DNA of 54,489 nucleotides from a virus. Its lineage: Duplodnaviria > Caudoviricetes. Positions 1 to 7,972 of this stretch are shown here, in pieces. Each line of letters starts with the position of its first letter. Positions within the stretch are counted from its first letter, which is position 1. The stretch is taken from positions 1-54,489 of the IMG/VR virus record IMGVR_UViG_3300012952_000028. One strand, given 5' to 3'. The notes under the pieces were generated by a model. That model saw only the letters and a program-made list of their open reading frames with translations, had not been told where the DNA came from and ran no database searches. Made by a program: the position numbers and the translations under genes.

Positions 1-294
1 CTGCGCCCCTTCAGGAAAGGGTGCCTCTTCCACTCGCACCGGACCTTCTTGGGATTCGTACCAGCGATTGAGGTCAAGGATGTCTTCAGGTGTTGCGGTC
101 TGAAGCCACTCCCACACCTTTATAACGCGCTCATCGCGGTCGATTCCCACCCCTTGAAGGCGGTGGGAAAGTGTGTATGCGCCCGACCCTAAGAAGGGTT
201 CCCAGACTCTCTCCACCCCGAGTGGAGGGGATTCTAAGTAGCGCAAAAGCCTCCCCTTGTTACCGGAGTATCGAAATGGGCTGGTGGGCCTCAC
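1..294 (-). CDS. Dam/D12-family DNA adenine methyltransferase, N-terminal part (runs off the window)
   Basis: Absent from the ORF track. Manual translation from GTG at 294 gives MRPTSPFRYSGNKGRLLRYLESPPLGVERVWEPFLGSGAYTL..., open to base 1. PFRYSGNK (motif X) and EPFLGSGA (motif I) are typical of alpha-class Dam-like enzymes. Confidence 0.8.
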   Translation of the reverse strand, partial: MRPTSPFRYSGNKGRLLRYLESPPLGVERVWEPFLGSGAYTLSHRLQGVGIDRDERVIKVWEWLQTATPEDILDLNRWYESQEGPVRVEEAPFPEGAQ

Positions 295-297
295 GAA

Positions 298-383
298 TGG
301 TACCTGAGGCGGGACTCGAACCCGCACACTCTATGAGCGAGAGATTTTAAGTCTCTTGTGTCTACCAATTCCACCACTCAGGC
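298..383 (-). tRNA. trnL: tRNA-Leu (anticodon UAA), CCA encoded
   Basis: Reverse complement GCCTGAGTGGTGGAATTGGTAGACACAAGAGACTTAAAATCTCTCGCTCATAGAGTGTGCGGGTTCGAGTCCCGCCTCAGGTACCA. Acceptor stem GCCTGAG/CTCAGGT, anticodon arm AGAGA-CTTAAAA-TCTCT, long variable arm, GGTTCGAGTCC T-arm. Confidence 0.96.
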
Positions 384-563
384 TTGATCTTTTATCGTTA
401 TCGCCCCAGCTTCTACGAGGCGCATTGCTGTCCTTCCAAACCATCCTTGTAGTTGCCAGGCCAGCCCAGTATCTATGAGATGCTGCCAGGCCGCCAAGTA
501 CTCTTCGGAGCTCTCCGGCTCGGTGAACCCTTCGGCAATATCTATGGCTTGGGAGTTTGTCAT
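378..563 (-). CDS. small conserved phage protein (AWQHLIDTGLAWQLQGWFGRTA motif)
   Basis: The WQxLIDTGxAWxLQGWFGR pattern is recognisable from small uncharacterised phage proteins. ATG 563 chosen; alternative TTG 572. Confidence 0.75.
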   Translation of the reverse strand: MTNSQAIDIAEGFTEPESSEEYLAAWQHLIDTGLAWQLQGWFGRTAMRLVEAGAITIKDQA

Positions 564-644
564 ACTAATCAACCTATACCCTTACTGTATGTAGAATGCC
601 CCCCCATACGAACATCAACCCTGGAAAGAAAGTTGGGAAAACAA

Positions 645-920
645 GTGGATATCTCCAACCCTAAAAACATTGTCATTGGAGCCTTCGCCCTTCTGGCGGC
701 AGGTTCCGCAGGATCAATGTTGGGCATCACTATCGAGCCACAGGAGACCACCACTTTGCGGGTAGAGAGAGCGCAGCTGGAGATTCAAGTTGCCTCCCTG
801 GAAGCGCAGTTAGAAACTCAGGAGAAGACTTCAGAGGAGCGGGTTGTGTTGTTAGAAAGCATCATTGATGATTGCCAACGTCTTATCAATGTCTCAAAGG
901 AAAGGCTGGAGGACCAATGA
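645..920 (+). CDS. membrane-anchored coiled-coil protein
   Basis: Probable GTG start at 645 within ORF 453..920. Hydrophobic IVIGAFALLAAGSAGSMLGI followed by a heptad-like E/Q/L helix; ATGA overlap with the next gene. Confidence 0.65.
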   Translation: MDISNPKNIVIGAFALLAAGSAGSMLGITIEPQETTTLRVERAQLEIQVASLEAQLETQEKTSEERVVLLESIIDDCQRLINVSKERLEDQ

Positions 921-1171
921 AATTCCGCTTCATTCCCCTGTTAGTGTTAATGATGTCACCCTATTGGCTGGGCGCAGCTACAGCCGATGATGATGCATAT
1001 GAGTCCGAGTTAGATACGCTCCAACAACGGATTGAGGCGGCCAAGCAGGGGGAACAGTCCCTAAGTGCCAGGGAACGGGAATTAGAGGCGCAGCTGGCCG
1101 CGATGCAGAAGAGAGCCGAGGAAGCTGAGGGTAAGCTGGCAACTTGTCAAGCCCGTTTGAAGTCCCCTTAA
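917..1171 (+). CDS. secreted coiled-coil protein
   Basis: ATG 917 overlaps the upstream TGA. Signal-peptide-like MKFRFIPLLVLMMSPYWLGA, then a coiled coil. Confidence 0.7.
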   Translation: MKFRFIPLLVLMMSPYWLGAATADDDAYESELDTLQQRIEAAKQGEQSLSARERELEAQLAAMQKRAEEAEGKLATCQARLKSP

Positions 1172-4100
1172 AGCTCTTCTATCACCAAGTCTATCCACGC
1201 GGACCCGGTAGGGCCTAAATCCTTGATGGTGATGGCATCCTCCCCCAACCCTTGCTCTAAGAGATATTCCCGCACCACATCGCTCAAGGCTTGGCTATAG
1301 CCCTCTTCTTTGCCCTCTTGAGCGTGAATCTCTACCCTCACCTTTATCTGGGGATGTTTTTCAACCAGGCTGGCTACTTGTTTGAGGTTGGCGAATACGC
1401 TGTCTGGAAGTGCCACCACTTGGGGTTTGGGAGGTACCACTACGGGGGTGGGGACAACGGGCTTAGGTTGCGGACGCAAACTGAAGGAAACAAGCCCTCT
1501 CAGTTTAGGCGTGCCCGGTTGATTGTTGATGCCTATCCCTATAGCGGGTTGCACCACCACCGGGCCTTTCTCGAACCTCCCTCCCAATATCACTTCCGAG
1601 GGTTTAAACTCCCCGATCACTTGGACCCATTCGGCGCTAAAGCGAGCCTTTTGAGGACCCAAGTACATACCGGCCTTAGCACGGAATTGAGGTGCGCCTT
1701 TATAGAGTGCGCCTACCGATCCGGCCACCCCCCACTTAGGGCGAAACACGCCCACGGTAGCGTCCCCGTCTACCCCCCAAGGGTCGCCTGGAATGGCGGG
1801 GAGTAAAGCGCCTGCCCGTAAAGAGGTGCCGACTACAGAGCTTGAGGCTGTAAAGCCTGCTGATAGTCGGGGAGAGATGATGGAAGGTGCATTGCCAGGA
1901 ATGTATTGGAGGGGGGCGTCACCACCTACCACAAAACCCGCCTTTGAAGGTCCGAATCTCTTTTGGAACCGAAAATCGGTATGGGCCAGATGGTCCACAA
2001 AGGCTTCATCACCGGTTTCAGAGCGGTACACTAAGGGAGCCCACGCATAACCCCCCGTCACTCGAAAGGAGGAGGGGGCGCTATCCATAGGGGTGTCTAT
2101 GGCATTAAAACCATCGCCAAAGGGTACGCGGTAGGTTTGAGCGTCCACCCCCATGAGAAGGGGGACAATCAGCAGAAGAGGCCATTTCCTTTTCGGACGC
2201 CTCACTAAGAGACCGATCAAAAGCAGCCCAGTCAAAGAGATAGGCCGCATGCGGGAAGAAGTTGAACATCCCCAACCCCCGGCTAATTCTTTTGGAGGCT
2301 CAGGAGCAACATCATCTGAGGTGTCGGGCTGCCCGCTATCGGTGGGGAAGCCTGTGTCCTCGGTCTCTCCGGTGTCTCCGGTGTCGGATATTCCGGTGTC
2401 TCGGTCGTCGATTGGATCGCATGGATCCCCGATTCCATCTCCATCCAAGTCTTCCTGATCCGGGTTTGGATCTTTCGGGCAATTATCAACATCGCCGCAG
2501 ACATCATCGTCATCAACATCATTTTCAGGGTCATCGGGACATTCATCTTCAGCAGTGCAGATTCCATCGGAATCGCGGTCATCAGGATTATCTAAAGGAC
2601 ACGGATCGCAACCCCAAGGCTGGCCGTCCCCATCAGCGTCGATGGCGTCGTCATAACCGGGACAAACGTCCACGTCTCCGCAAACACCATCTTCATCCTC
2701 ATCATTTAGCGGATCATTAGGGCAGTCGTCTACGTCATCGCATAAAAGGTCGCTGTCAGTATCCCCGTAGGCGTCATCACCGTCGCAAATATCGCAATAG
2801 TCGGGAACGGTATCTCCATCCGCATCACTTAAATCATCCCCGCCAGGACACGCATCGTCTGAATCGCAAATCCCATCCCCATCCGAATCATCTAAGGGGT
2901 CAATGGGACACGGATCACAGCCGTCTGGAACTGAGTCTGCATCACTATCTGTAGAATCATCGAACCCAGGGCAAATGTCATCCGAGTCGCAAGATCCGTC
3001 ACCATCGGAATCGTCTGCGGGATCCGCAGGACAAGCGTCACAGCCGTCTGGTGTTCCGTCAGAGTCACTGTCTACAATATCGGAAAAGCCAGGACATACA
3101 TCGTCTGAATCGCAAACGCCGTCACCATCGGAATCGTCTGCCGCGTCCAAAGGACACGGATCACAGCCGTCTGGAACGCCGTCCCCGTCCCCATCTGCGA
3201 AGTCATCAAAACCGGGACATATATCGTCAGAGTCGCACGAACCATCGCCGTCCGAATCATCAGTGGCGTCTAACGGGCAGCTATCGCACCCATCGGGAGC
3301 GCCATCAGAATCGGTATCCACAGTATCCGCATACCCAGGGCAAATGTCATCTGAATCACATACGCCATCCCCGTCTGAATCGTCTGGGTTATCTAACGGA
3401 CATGGGTCACAGCCATCAGGAGTCGCATCGCTGTCCGTGTCCACGAGATCATCGAACCCAGGGCACAGATCATCACTATCACAAGAACCGTCACCATCAG
3501 AGTCATCGAGAAGATCCAAGGGGCATATATCACAAAAGTCGGGTACGCCGTCCCCATCAGCGTCATCACCGTCTGTCCCACCTGGACAAATATCATCTGA
3601 GTCACAGACGCCATCCCCGTCTGCGTCATCAGGGTTGTCCAGAGGGCACGGGTCAACATCCCCGCACACACCATCCCCGTCAAAGTCGTCTAAGGAGTCA
3701 AACGGGCATACATCGCAATCATCAGCAACACCGTCACTATCGGCATCAGCTAAGTCATCAAAGCCAGGACATGCGTCCACACCGTCCAAGACAGTATCTC
3801 CATCATCGTCCTCATCGCGAATAGAGGGGATACCATCCCCATCTATGTCAGTGGTGAAGTCCTCGTCGGAATCCAAAACCCCGTCGTTGTCCGAATCGGT
3901 TTCCAGGGCGTCTAACACCCCGTCCCCGTCGCTGTCCACGCCACTTCCAGCGTTCTCCCCCGCCACACAGGTAGGGGATACGTCCACATCTCCGTCGCAC
4001 CACCCGTCCCCATCGGAATCAGGATTAGAGGAGTCAGTGCCTATGGAGTCCTCAATTGTGTCATCTATGCCATCGTCATCAGCGTCAAGGTCAAGAGCAA

Positions 4101-5067
4101 TAACACCACTTTCAAAAAGTAGAACCCCAATATCTTCCCCGATGTGGCTTCTTTCGGTGTCATTGTACCAATCCTCGTCTATGGCGTAGCCTAAAGAGGT
4201 GGAGCTGAGAGAACATACGATGGCCCACCCGCCGTCATCTTCATTCCTACTATTCATCGACACTACAGCAGGAACCGTAGAGCTGAAGGAGGATATCAAG
4301 GTCTCGGTGGCACAACCGTCATCCTTACCAATCGCACTGGAAGATGCGCTCACCACAAGGCTTTCCCAGAGAACGGTTGAACCGTCTGTTGCGGTTAGAG
4401 ATCCCGTGGCGTTAGGTGTGATGGCGATCCACCCAATATCCTCATCAATGGTTACCGAGCCGGGAATCGCTTCGGAGCGTTCCAAGGCCACGTCGAACCC
4501 TGTAGTGCTCACGCTCTCAACTGCAACCGTTAGGAAGGGGGTGGAGTAGTCTGAAGGGACCGCCCCTGTCTCATTTTCCGTGGTTTGAACCTGGGTAAGG
4601 ATCGCCGGAGGGTCGGCAAATGATGCCCCGAAAGTGACCGGGTCCCAAGATCCTGAAAGGCCATGATTTGAAGCGTACTGCTCGGTTGTGGTAGAGGTGA
4701 TCCCAGCAATAATAAGGGAGCCGTCAGGAAGGCCGTGTACCCCTTCCTCCATAGCGATGTAAGTCATGTCTACGGCGTAATGGGTAGGCCCGGAGGTTCC
4801 TTGGGCCTCGACGATCTGAGCCTCAAATCCGGTCGTACTTACGTTTTGAATGCGAATCGTGAAGGGCTGGCCTCCGGTGCTGGGGCCTGGTGAAGCGATA
4901 ACTACTGGGGGCGCACTAAAGGTAGTCCCAAAGGTGACCGTTTCCCAGAGTTCGGTGGTAGCCGACGTGGTAGAAGGAAGGGCAACCTCAGCAGAGTCCA
5001 CTTCCAAACCCCAAGCAGGGGAGGAAAGCAAAAGCAATAATAGGCAACTCAGCCTATTCATCTTCAT
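1168..5067 (-). CDS. large surface protein: signal peptide, H-type-lectin-like repeats, thrombospondin type-3 repeats, internal MYXO-CTERM-like tag, OM beta-barrel-like region, degenerate OmpA-like C-terminus
   Basis: Signal MKMNRLSCLLLLLLSSPAWG; repeated VTFGxxFxxPP...VSTTGF units; many DxDxDGxxDxCDxCP repeats; GGWGCSTS...LLLIGLLVRRPKRK; aromatic/Gly alternating strands; LKQVASLVEKHPQIKVRVEIH...LSDVVREYLLEQG. Confidence 0.85.
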   Translation of the reverse strand: MKMNRLSCLLLLLLSSPAWGLEVDSAEVALPSTTSATTELWETVTFGTTFSAPPVVIASPGPSTGGQPFTIRIQNVSTTGFEAQIVEAQGTSGPTHYAVDMTYIAMEEGVHGLPDGSLIIAGITSTTTEQYASNHGLSGSWDPVTFGASFADPPAILTQVQTTENETGAVPSDYSTPFLTVAVESVSTTGFDVALERSEAIPGSVTIDEDIGWIAITPNATGSLTATDGSTVLWESLVVSASSSAIGKDDGCATETLISSFSSTVPAVVSMNSRNEDDGGWAIVCSLSSTSLGYAIDEDWYNDTERSHIGEDIGVLLFESGVIALDLDADDDGIDDTIEDSIGTDSSNPDSDGDGWCDGDVDVSPTCVAGENAGSGVDSDGDGVLDALETDSDNDGVLDSDEDFTTDIDGDGIPSIRDEDDDGDTVLDGVDACPGFDDLADADSDGVADDCDVCPFDSLDDFDGDGVCGDVDPCPLDNPDDADGDGVCDSDDICPGGTDGDDADGDGVPDFCDICPLDLLDDSDGDGSCDSDDLCPGFDDLVDTDSDATPDGCDPCPLDNPDDSDGDGVCDSDDICPGYADTVDTDSDGAPDGCDSCPLDATDDSDGDGSCDSDDICPGFDDFADGDGDGVPDGCDPCPLDAADDSDGDGVCDSDDVCPGFSDIVDSDSDGTPDGCDACPADPADDSDGDGSCDSDDICPGFDDSTDSDADSVPDGCDPCPIDPLDDSDGDGICDSDDACPGGDDLSDADGDTVPDYCDICDGDDAYGDTDSDLLCDDVDDCPNDPLNDEDEDGVCGDVDVCPGYDDAIDADGDGQPWGCDPCPLDNPDDRDSDGICTAEDECPDDPENDVDDDDVCGDVDNCPKDPNPDQEDLDGDGIGDPCDPIDDRDTGISDTGDTGETEDTGFPTDSGQPDTSDDVAPEPPKELAGGWGCSTSSRMRPISLTGLLLIGLLVRRPKRKWPLLLIVPLLMGVDAQTYRVPFGDGFNAIDTPMDSAPSSFRVTGGYAWAPLVYRSETGDEAFVDHLAHTDFRFQKRFGPSKAGFVVGGDAPLQYIPGNAPSIISPRLSAGFTASSSVVGTSLRAGALLPAIPGDPWGVDGDATVGVFRPKWGVAGSVGALYKGAPQFRAKAGMYLGPQKARFSAEWVQVIGEFKPSEVILGGRFEKGPVVVQPAIGIGINNQPGTPKLRGLVSFSLRPQPKPVVPTPVVVPPKPQVVALPDSVFANLKQVASLVEKHPQIKVRVEIHAQEGKEEGYSQALSDVVREYLLEQGLGEDAITIKDLGPTGSAWIDLVIEEL
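2400..4090 (-). repeat. thrombospondin type-3 (Ca-binding) tandem repeat array, about 123-nt (41-aa) period in the core
   Basis: Alternating 21-aa and 20-aa Asp/Cys units. The DNA word gtcaccatcggaatcgtctg recurs at 2998 and 3121, 123 nt apart. Boundaries approximate. Confidence 0.85.
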
Positions 5068-5821
5068 CCTCTTCCATCGCTCTACGCCATTTCTCCAACT
5101 TTCGCACTTTCCGCTCTAAATCATCGCCGTCAAAGTCAGCATTTAGCGCGAGCTTCTTATCCATCTTGCCCATGCGAGACTTGAGTTCCTCTACTTCTGC
5201 CTTCAACTGTGCATGAACAGTCTGACAAGGTCCAGGAGATTGTCCCTCCATTCCCTTAGACTTTGCGTCCATCTTCATTTGAGCCATTTTCTGCTCATGC
5301 TTCTGCTCTGAGTGCTGCCTATAAAACTTCCATGCAGCTCCGCCACCAACTACTGCCAATATGGCGAGCACAATAGTTAGCGTGGGATCGGCTCCGGTGG
5401 CTTGCGTCAGCTCGCTGAATTGCTGGGTAAGGGGGTCTTCGGAAGGTTGGACCTCGTGGGCTGTGGTCTCTTCCACCTCGGTTGAGTTTTCGTCAGGCAT
5501 GGCATCTCCATCTTGTATAGGGGTTTCATCTATTCCAGAATCTGCCTCAGCAGGCTCGGGTAGGGGTTGCGAATTGGTGGCACCCGGTGGTTCAGGCTCG
5601 GGTTCGGTCTCTGGCTCTGGCTCAGGCTCGGGTTCTGTTTTGACTTGCGACTCAAGCTCGTCAGCGATTTCGTCTGGGTCGTAGGGAATGCGAATTCTTG
5701 CGCCCCCTTCCAGTTCGCAGTCAACACTCCATTGGTCTACCCATTCAGAAGACTCCCCCAATTTCAAGGATTCCTGAACTAATACAGACGTTGAGCCATT
5801 TAGGAGTTCGCACTTTTCCAT
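5054..5821 (-). CDS. single-pass membrane protein with Pro-Glu linker and C-terminal coiled coil
   Basis: Acidic N-terminus, (PE)n tract, TM segment LTIVLAILAVVGGGAAW, basic coiled coil; overlaps the start of the adhesin gene. Confidence 0.75.
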   Translation of the reverse strand: MEKCELLNGSTSVLVQESLKLGESSEWVDQWSVDCELEGGARIRIPYDPDEIADELESQVKTEPEPEPEPETEPEPEPPGATNSQPLPEPAEADSGIDETPIQDGDAMPDENSTEVEETTAHEVQPSEDPLTQQFSELTQATGADPTLTIVLAILAVVGGGAAWKFYRQHSEQKHEQKMAQMKMDAKSKGMEGQSPGPCQTVHAQLKAEVEELKSRMGKMDKKLALNADFDGDDLERKVRKLEKWRRAMEEDEDE

Positions 5822-5833
5822 TTACTTGGAACG

Positions 5834-5849
5834 ATATAAGATTTTCACC
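5834..5849 (-). promoter_or_regulatory. candidate phage (late-type) promoter motif GGTG-N6-TTATAT
   Basis: Reads ggtgaaaatcttatat just upstream of ATG 5821; matches copies at 23662 and 52368. Confidence 0.45.
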
Positions 5850-5878
5850 GGGTATTGTTCCGAGAAGGGAGGTGTGTA

Positions 5879-6229
5879 ATGCACCGTGTTTTAATGGTGG
5901 CAACCTTAGTTTTCTGTATGGGCTGCCCTAAGAAAGATGTTATCCGAAACCTGGAAGTCTACCAGGCTGAGGTGAAGCAATGGGATACGTGGGCCGTTAA
6001 GCAGGCTTCCCACCTACGGACGTTTGTAGAGACCCATTGCGATTGCGCTGAGGCTAAATTTGCTGAAGCTCAGTGCGAGGAGGCAGCGGATTGGTTGCTT
6101 ACAGTAGAGGCTCGCCATGAATGGCACCGTCAGATGGCCTTATACAACGCCTACCTGATCGAAGAAGAGCCACCATCCAACCCCCCCGAAATCTCTCCCT
6201 CCACCTGCCCCCTCTCAGAAAGGAAGTAG
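5879..6229 (+). CDS. lipoprotein
   Basis: ATG 5879 after SD GGAGGT. MHRVLMVATLVFCMG-CPKK lipobox; Cys-containing body; Pro-rich C-terminus. Confidence 0.75.
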   Translation: MHRVLMVATLVFCMGCPKKDVIRNLEVYQAEVKQWDTWAVKQASHLRTFVETHCDCAEAKFAEAQCEEAADWLLTVEARHEWHRQMALYNAYLIEEEPPSNPPEISPSTCPLSERK

Positions 6230-6232
6230 AGC

Positions 6233-6631
6233 ATGGCCCACCCTATTGAAGCTCTTTTAGATACGGTCATCGACCAGGCGGGTGATAGGAGTAAGGATCT
6301 CTTAGAAGAGGCACAAGAAGCCCTGCAAGATTTGGCGCTGGACTCCGATGACCCTACTGGCAAGGTAGTCCTTTCCCTCCTTTCAGACGCTGTAGCCCAA
6401 TATGGGCCTATGGGTATTGAGATGGGACAAGATGCAGTGCGCCAGTTGTTGGCTGGGAAGTCCCCTGATATTGACTGGGCTAACCCCCGCACCGCATCGG
6501 ATGCCGTAGCCCTTCTCCAGAACGCGGAGCGCCATCAACGTAAGAGGGCGCGAGAGGCTTCTCGAAAGGCTGGCATTATCCTTCAAACCCTGGGATCCCT
6601 TCTCCTCCAAGCAGCGTTGAAAAGCCTTTGA
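6233..6631 (+). CDS. hypothetical helical protein
   Basis: 132-aa ORF in a tight + strand operon. Confidence 0.7.
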   Translation: MAHPIEALLDTVIDQAGDRSKDLLEEAQEALQDLALDSDDPTGKVVLSLLSDAVAQYGPMGIEMGQDAVRQLLAGKSPDIDWANPRTASDAVALLQNAERHQRKRAREASRKAGIILQTLGSLLLQAALKSL

Positions 6632-7203
6632 GACAAGTCCTTTGCCAATGCGGAACCGTCGTTGAGGTGTTCGAGGGAACTACGCGCCAATGTCGCATTT
6701 GCGGCACCACTCATGGCTCGGTTCCAGAACGCCCTCCCCGACCCCTGCCTCACTTAGTAGAGACATGGTCGCCTTGCGTGACTTTGAGGCGAGATGGCCG
6801 CTCTTTAGTAGTGGTGGCTACCCAAGATATTCCTAAAGGCCAAATCTTTGAGAAGTCTCCCACTATGTGGTTTGACCGCCCTTCCGAAGTAGCCAAGATG
6901 GTCCAATTGAACATTACTATCGGAGGGCCGAATCCTAAGGGCGTGTATTTGGCTCCCGCTGTCTATCAATGCAAAATGGTAGACGGGACTTATGAGCCCA
7001 ACGCACTCTCTCAAACGTGGGAGGGGGCTGTTATACCCTTAGGGTACGGTGCTCTATATGAAACCGGGGTAGGAAGCACCGTTAATGCTAATGGGCGACT
7101 CCTCTTTGAACGTCACCATTTGTTTGTCGAGTGGTACGCCACTAAAGACATAAAAGCTGGGCATCAGATTCGTCAAGGTATGGGAGCATACCCTCGTGAG
7201 TAA
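6628..7203 (+). CDS. SET-domain protein (degenerate) with N-terminal Cys/zinc-ribbon motif
   Basis: VVATQDIPKGQIFE, LGYGALY and YATKDIKAGHQI match the bacterial SET pattern. The canonical NHS is replaced by ETG and the EELTxxY Tyr is not evident. CQC...CRIC at the N-terminus. Confidence 0.7.
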   Translation: MRQVLCQCGTVVEVFEGTTRQCRICGTTHGSVPERPPRPLPHLVETWSPCVTLRRDGRSLVVVATQDIPKGQIFEKSPTMWFDRPSEVAKMVQLNITIGGPNPKGVYLAPAVYQCKMVDGTYEPNALSQTWEGAVIPLGYGALYETGVGSTVNANGRLLFERHHLFVEWYATKDIKAGHQIRQGMGAYPRE

Positions 7204-7408
7204 GGTGTGGAGCACAGTAGTAGAGTTGGACTTCCCCATCGAAGAGGCTGACATAAAGCCCATTTTCGATGACGATGATCTGATCGACTACATGGGAAGA
7301 GCGCACAGACGTTTGCAAGATATTATGGGAAAGATGAAGAAAGATGGGGCCATTACGCATTTCCGAATTCGCAAGGTTCCACACCTACACCCGCCGGAGA
7401 TTGAATGA
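7196..7408 (+). CDS. hypothetical protein
   Basis: 70-aa ORF overlapping both neighbours. Confidence 0.6.
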   Translation: MSKVWSTVVELDFPIEEADIKPIFDDDDLIDYMGRAHRRLQDIMGKMKKDGAITHFRIRKVPHLHPPEIE

Positions 7409-7638
7409 AGCCGCCATCAAAATGGGACAAGGATCAACTGGTTCGAGTTCGCGTTAATCTTCCGCGCCGCGAGTACGAGGAGTTGGAGCATATGGCAAAA
7501 CGAGAGGGCATCTCGGTGACTGACGCTATTCGACGCGCTATCACCTCGGAGATGTACTTCAAGCGCAAGGCTGATGAGGGTTGTAAGCTCCTCTATGAAG
7601 ATCCCCGAGGGCAACTCTTTCAAGTGAAGATTCGGTAG
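7405..7638 (+). CDS. ribbon-helix-helix (CopG-like) DNA-binding protein
   Basis: VRVRVNLP strand, then EYEELEHMAKREGISVTDAIRRAI helix-turn-helix typical of RHH proteins. Confidence 0.75.
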   Translation: MKPPSKWDKDQLVRVRVNLPRREYEELEHMAKREGISVTDAIRRAITSEMYFKRKADEGCKLLYEDPRGQLFQVKIR

Positions 7639-7639
7639 C

Positions 7640-7972
7640 GTGTCGGATGGGATTACCGAGAGTCGTCGCACCGTAAGAGAGCCTCAAGAGGAGCCTTACG
7701 TTGTTGACTTGAGCACGGAAACTCCTGCTGAGGTTTGGGTTCCCTCGGCAAATACCTATGATCCCAACCCGAAGCGAGAACAAGTAAGAGGAACCATCGC
7801 CTGGTTCCTCTTAGGGATCTTGTTGCTAACCATTGTCTTTGCCTTTACCGCTCTCGCCCGCACTTGGACCGAATACGATAACATCAAGGACATGTTAGGC
7901 ATTCTCCTACCCCCTATTACAGGGTTGGTAGGATCAGCCATTGGTTTCTATTTCGGAAGGGGCACCGACTAA
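7640..7972 (+). CDS. two-TM membrane protein
   Basis: IAWFLLGILLLTIVFAFTAL and MLGILLPPITGLVGSAIGFYFG hydrophobic segments. Confidence 0.7.
   Translation: MSDGITESRRTVREPQEEPYVVDLSTETPAEVWVPSANTYDPNPKREQVRGTIAWFLLGILLLTIVFAFTALARTWTEYDNIKDMLGILLPPITGLVGSAIGFYFGRGTD

Noticed and set aside
298-383. tRNA as an integration site
   Set aside because: No duplicated tRNA 3' end in the window, and phage-type genes lie on both sides.
453-644. N-terminal extension of ORF 453..920
   Set aside because: Overlaps the conserved minus-strand gene 378..563; GTG 645 gives a sensible membrane protein.
2903-4189. 428-aa Ser/Pro-rich + strand ORF (also 3051..3824 and 2262..2720)
   Set aside because: Antisense shadow of the Asp/Gly/Cys TSP3 repeats.
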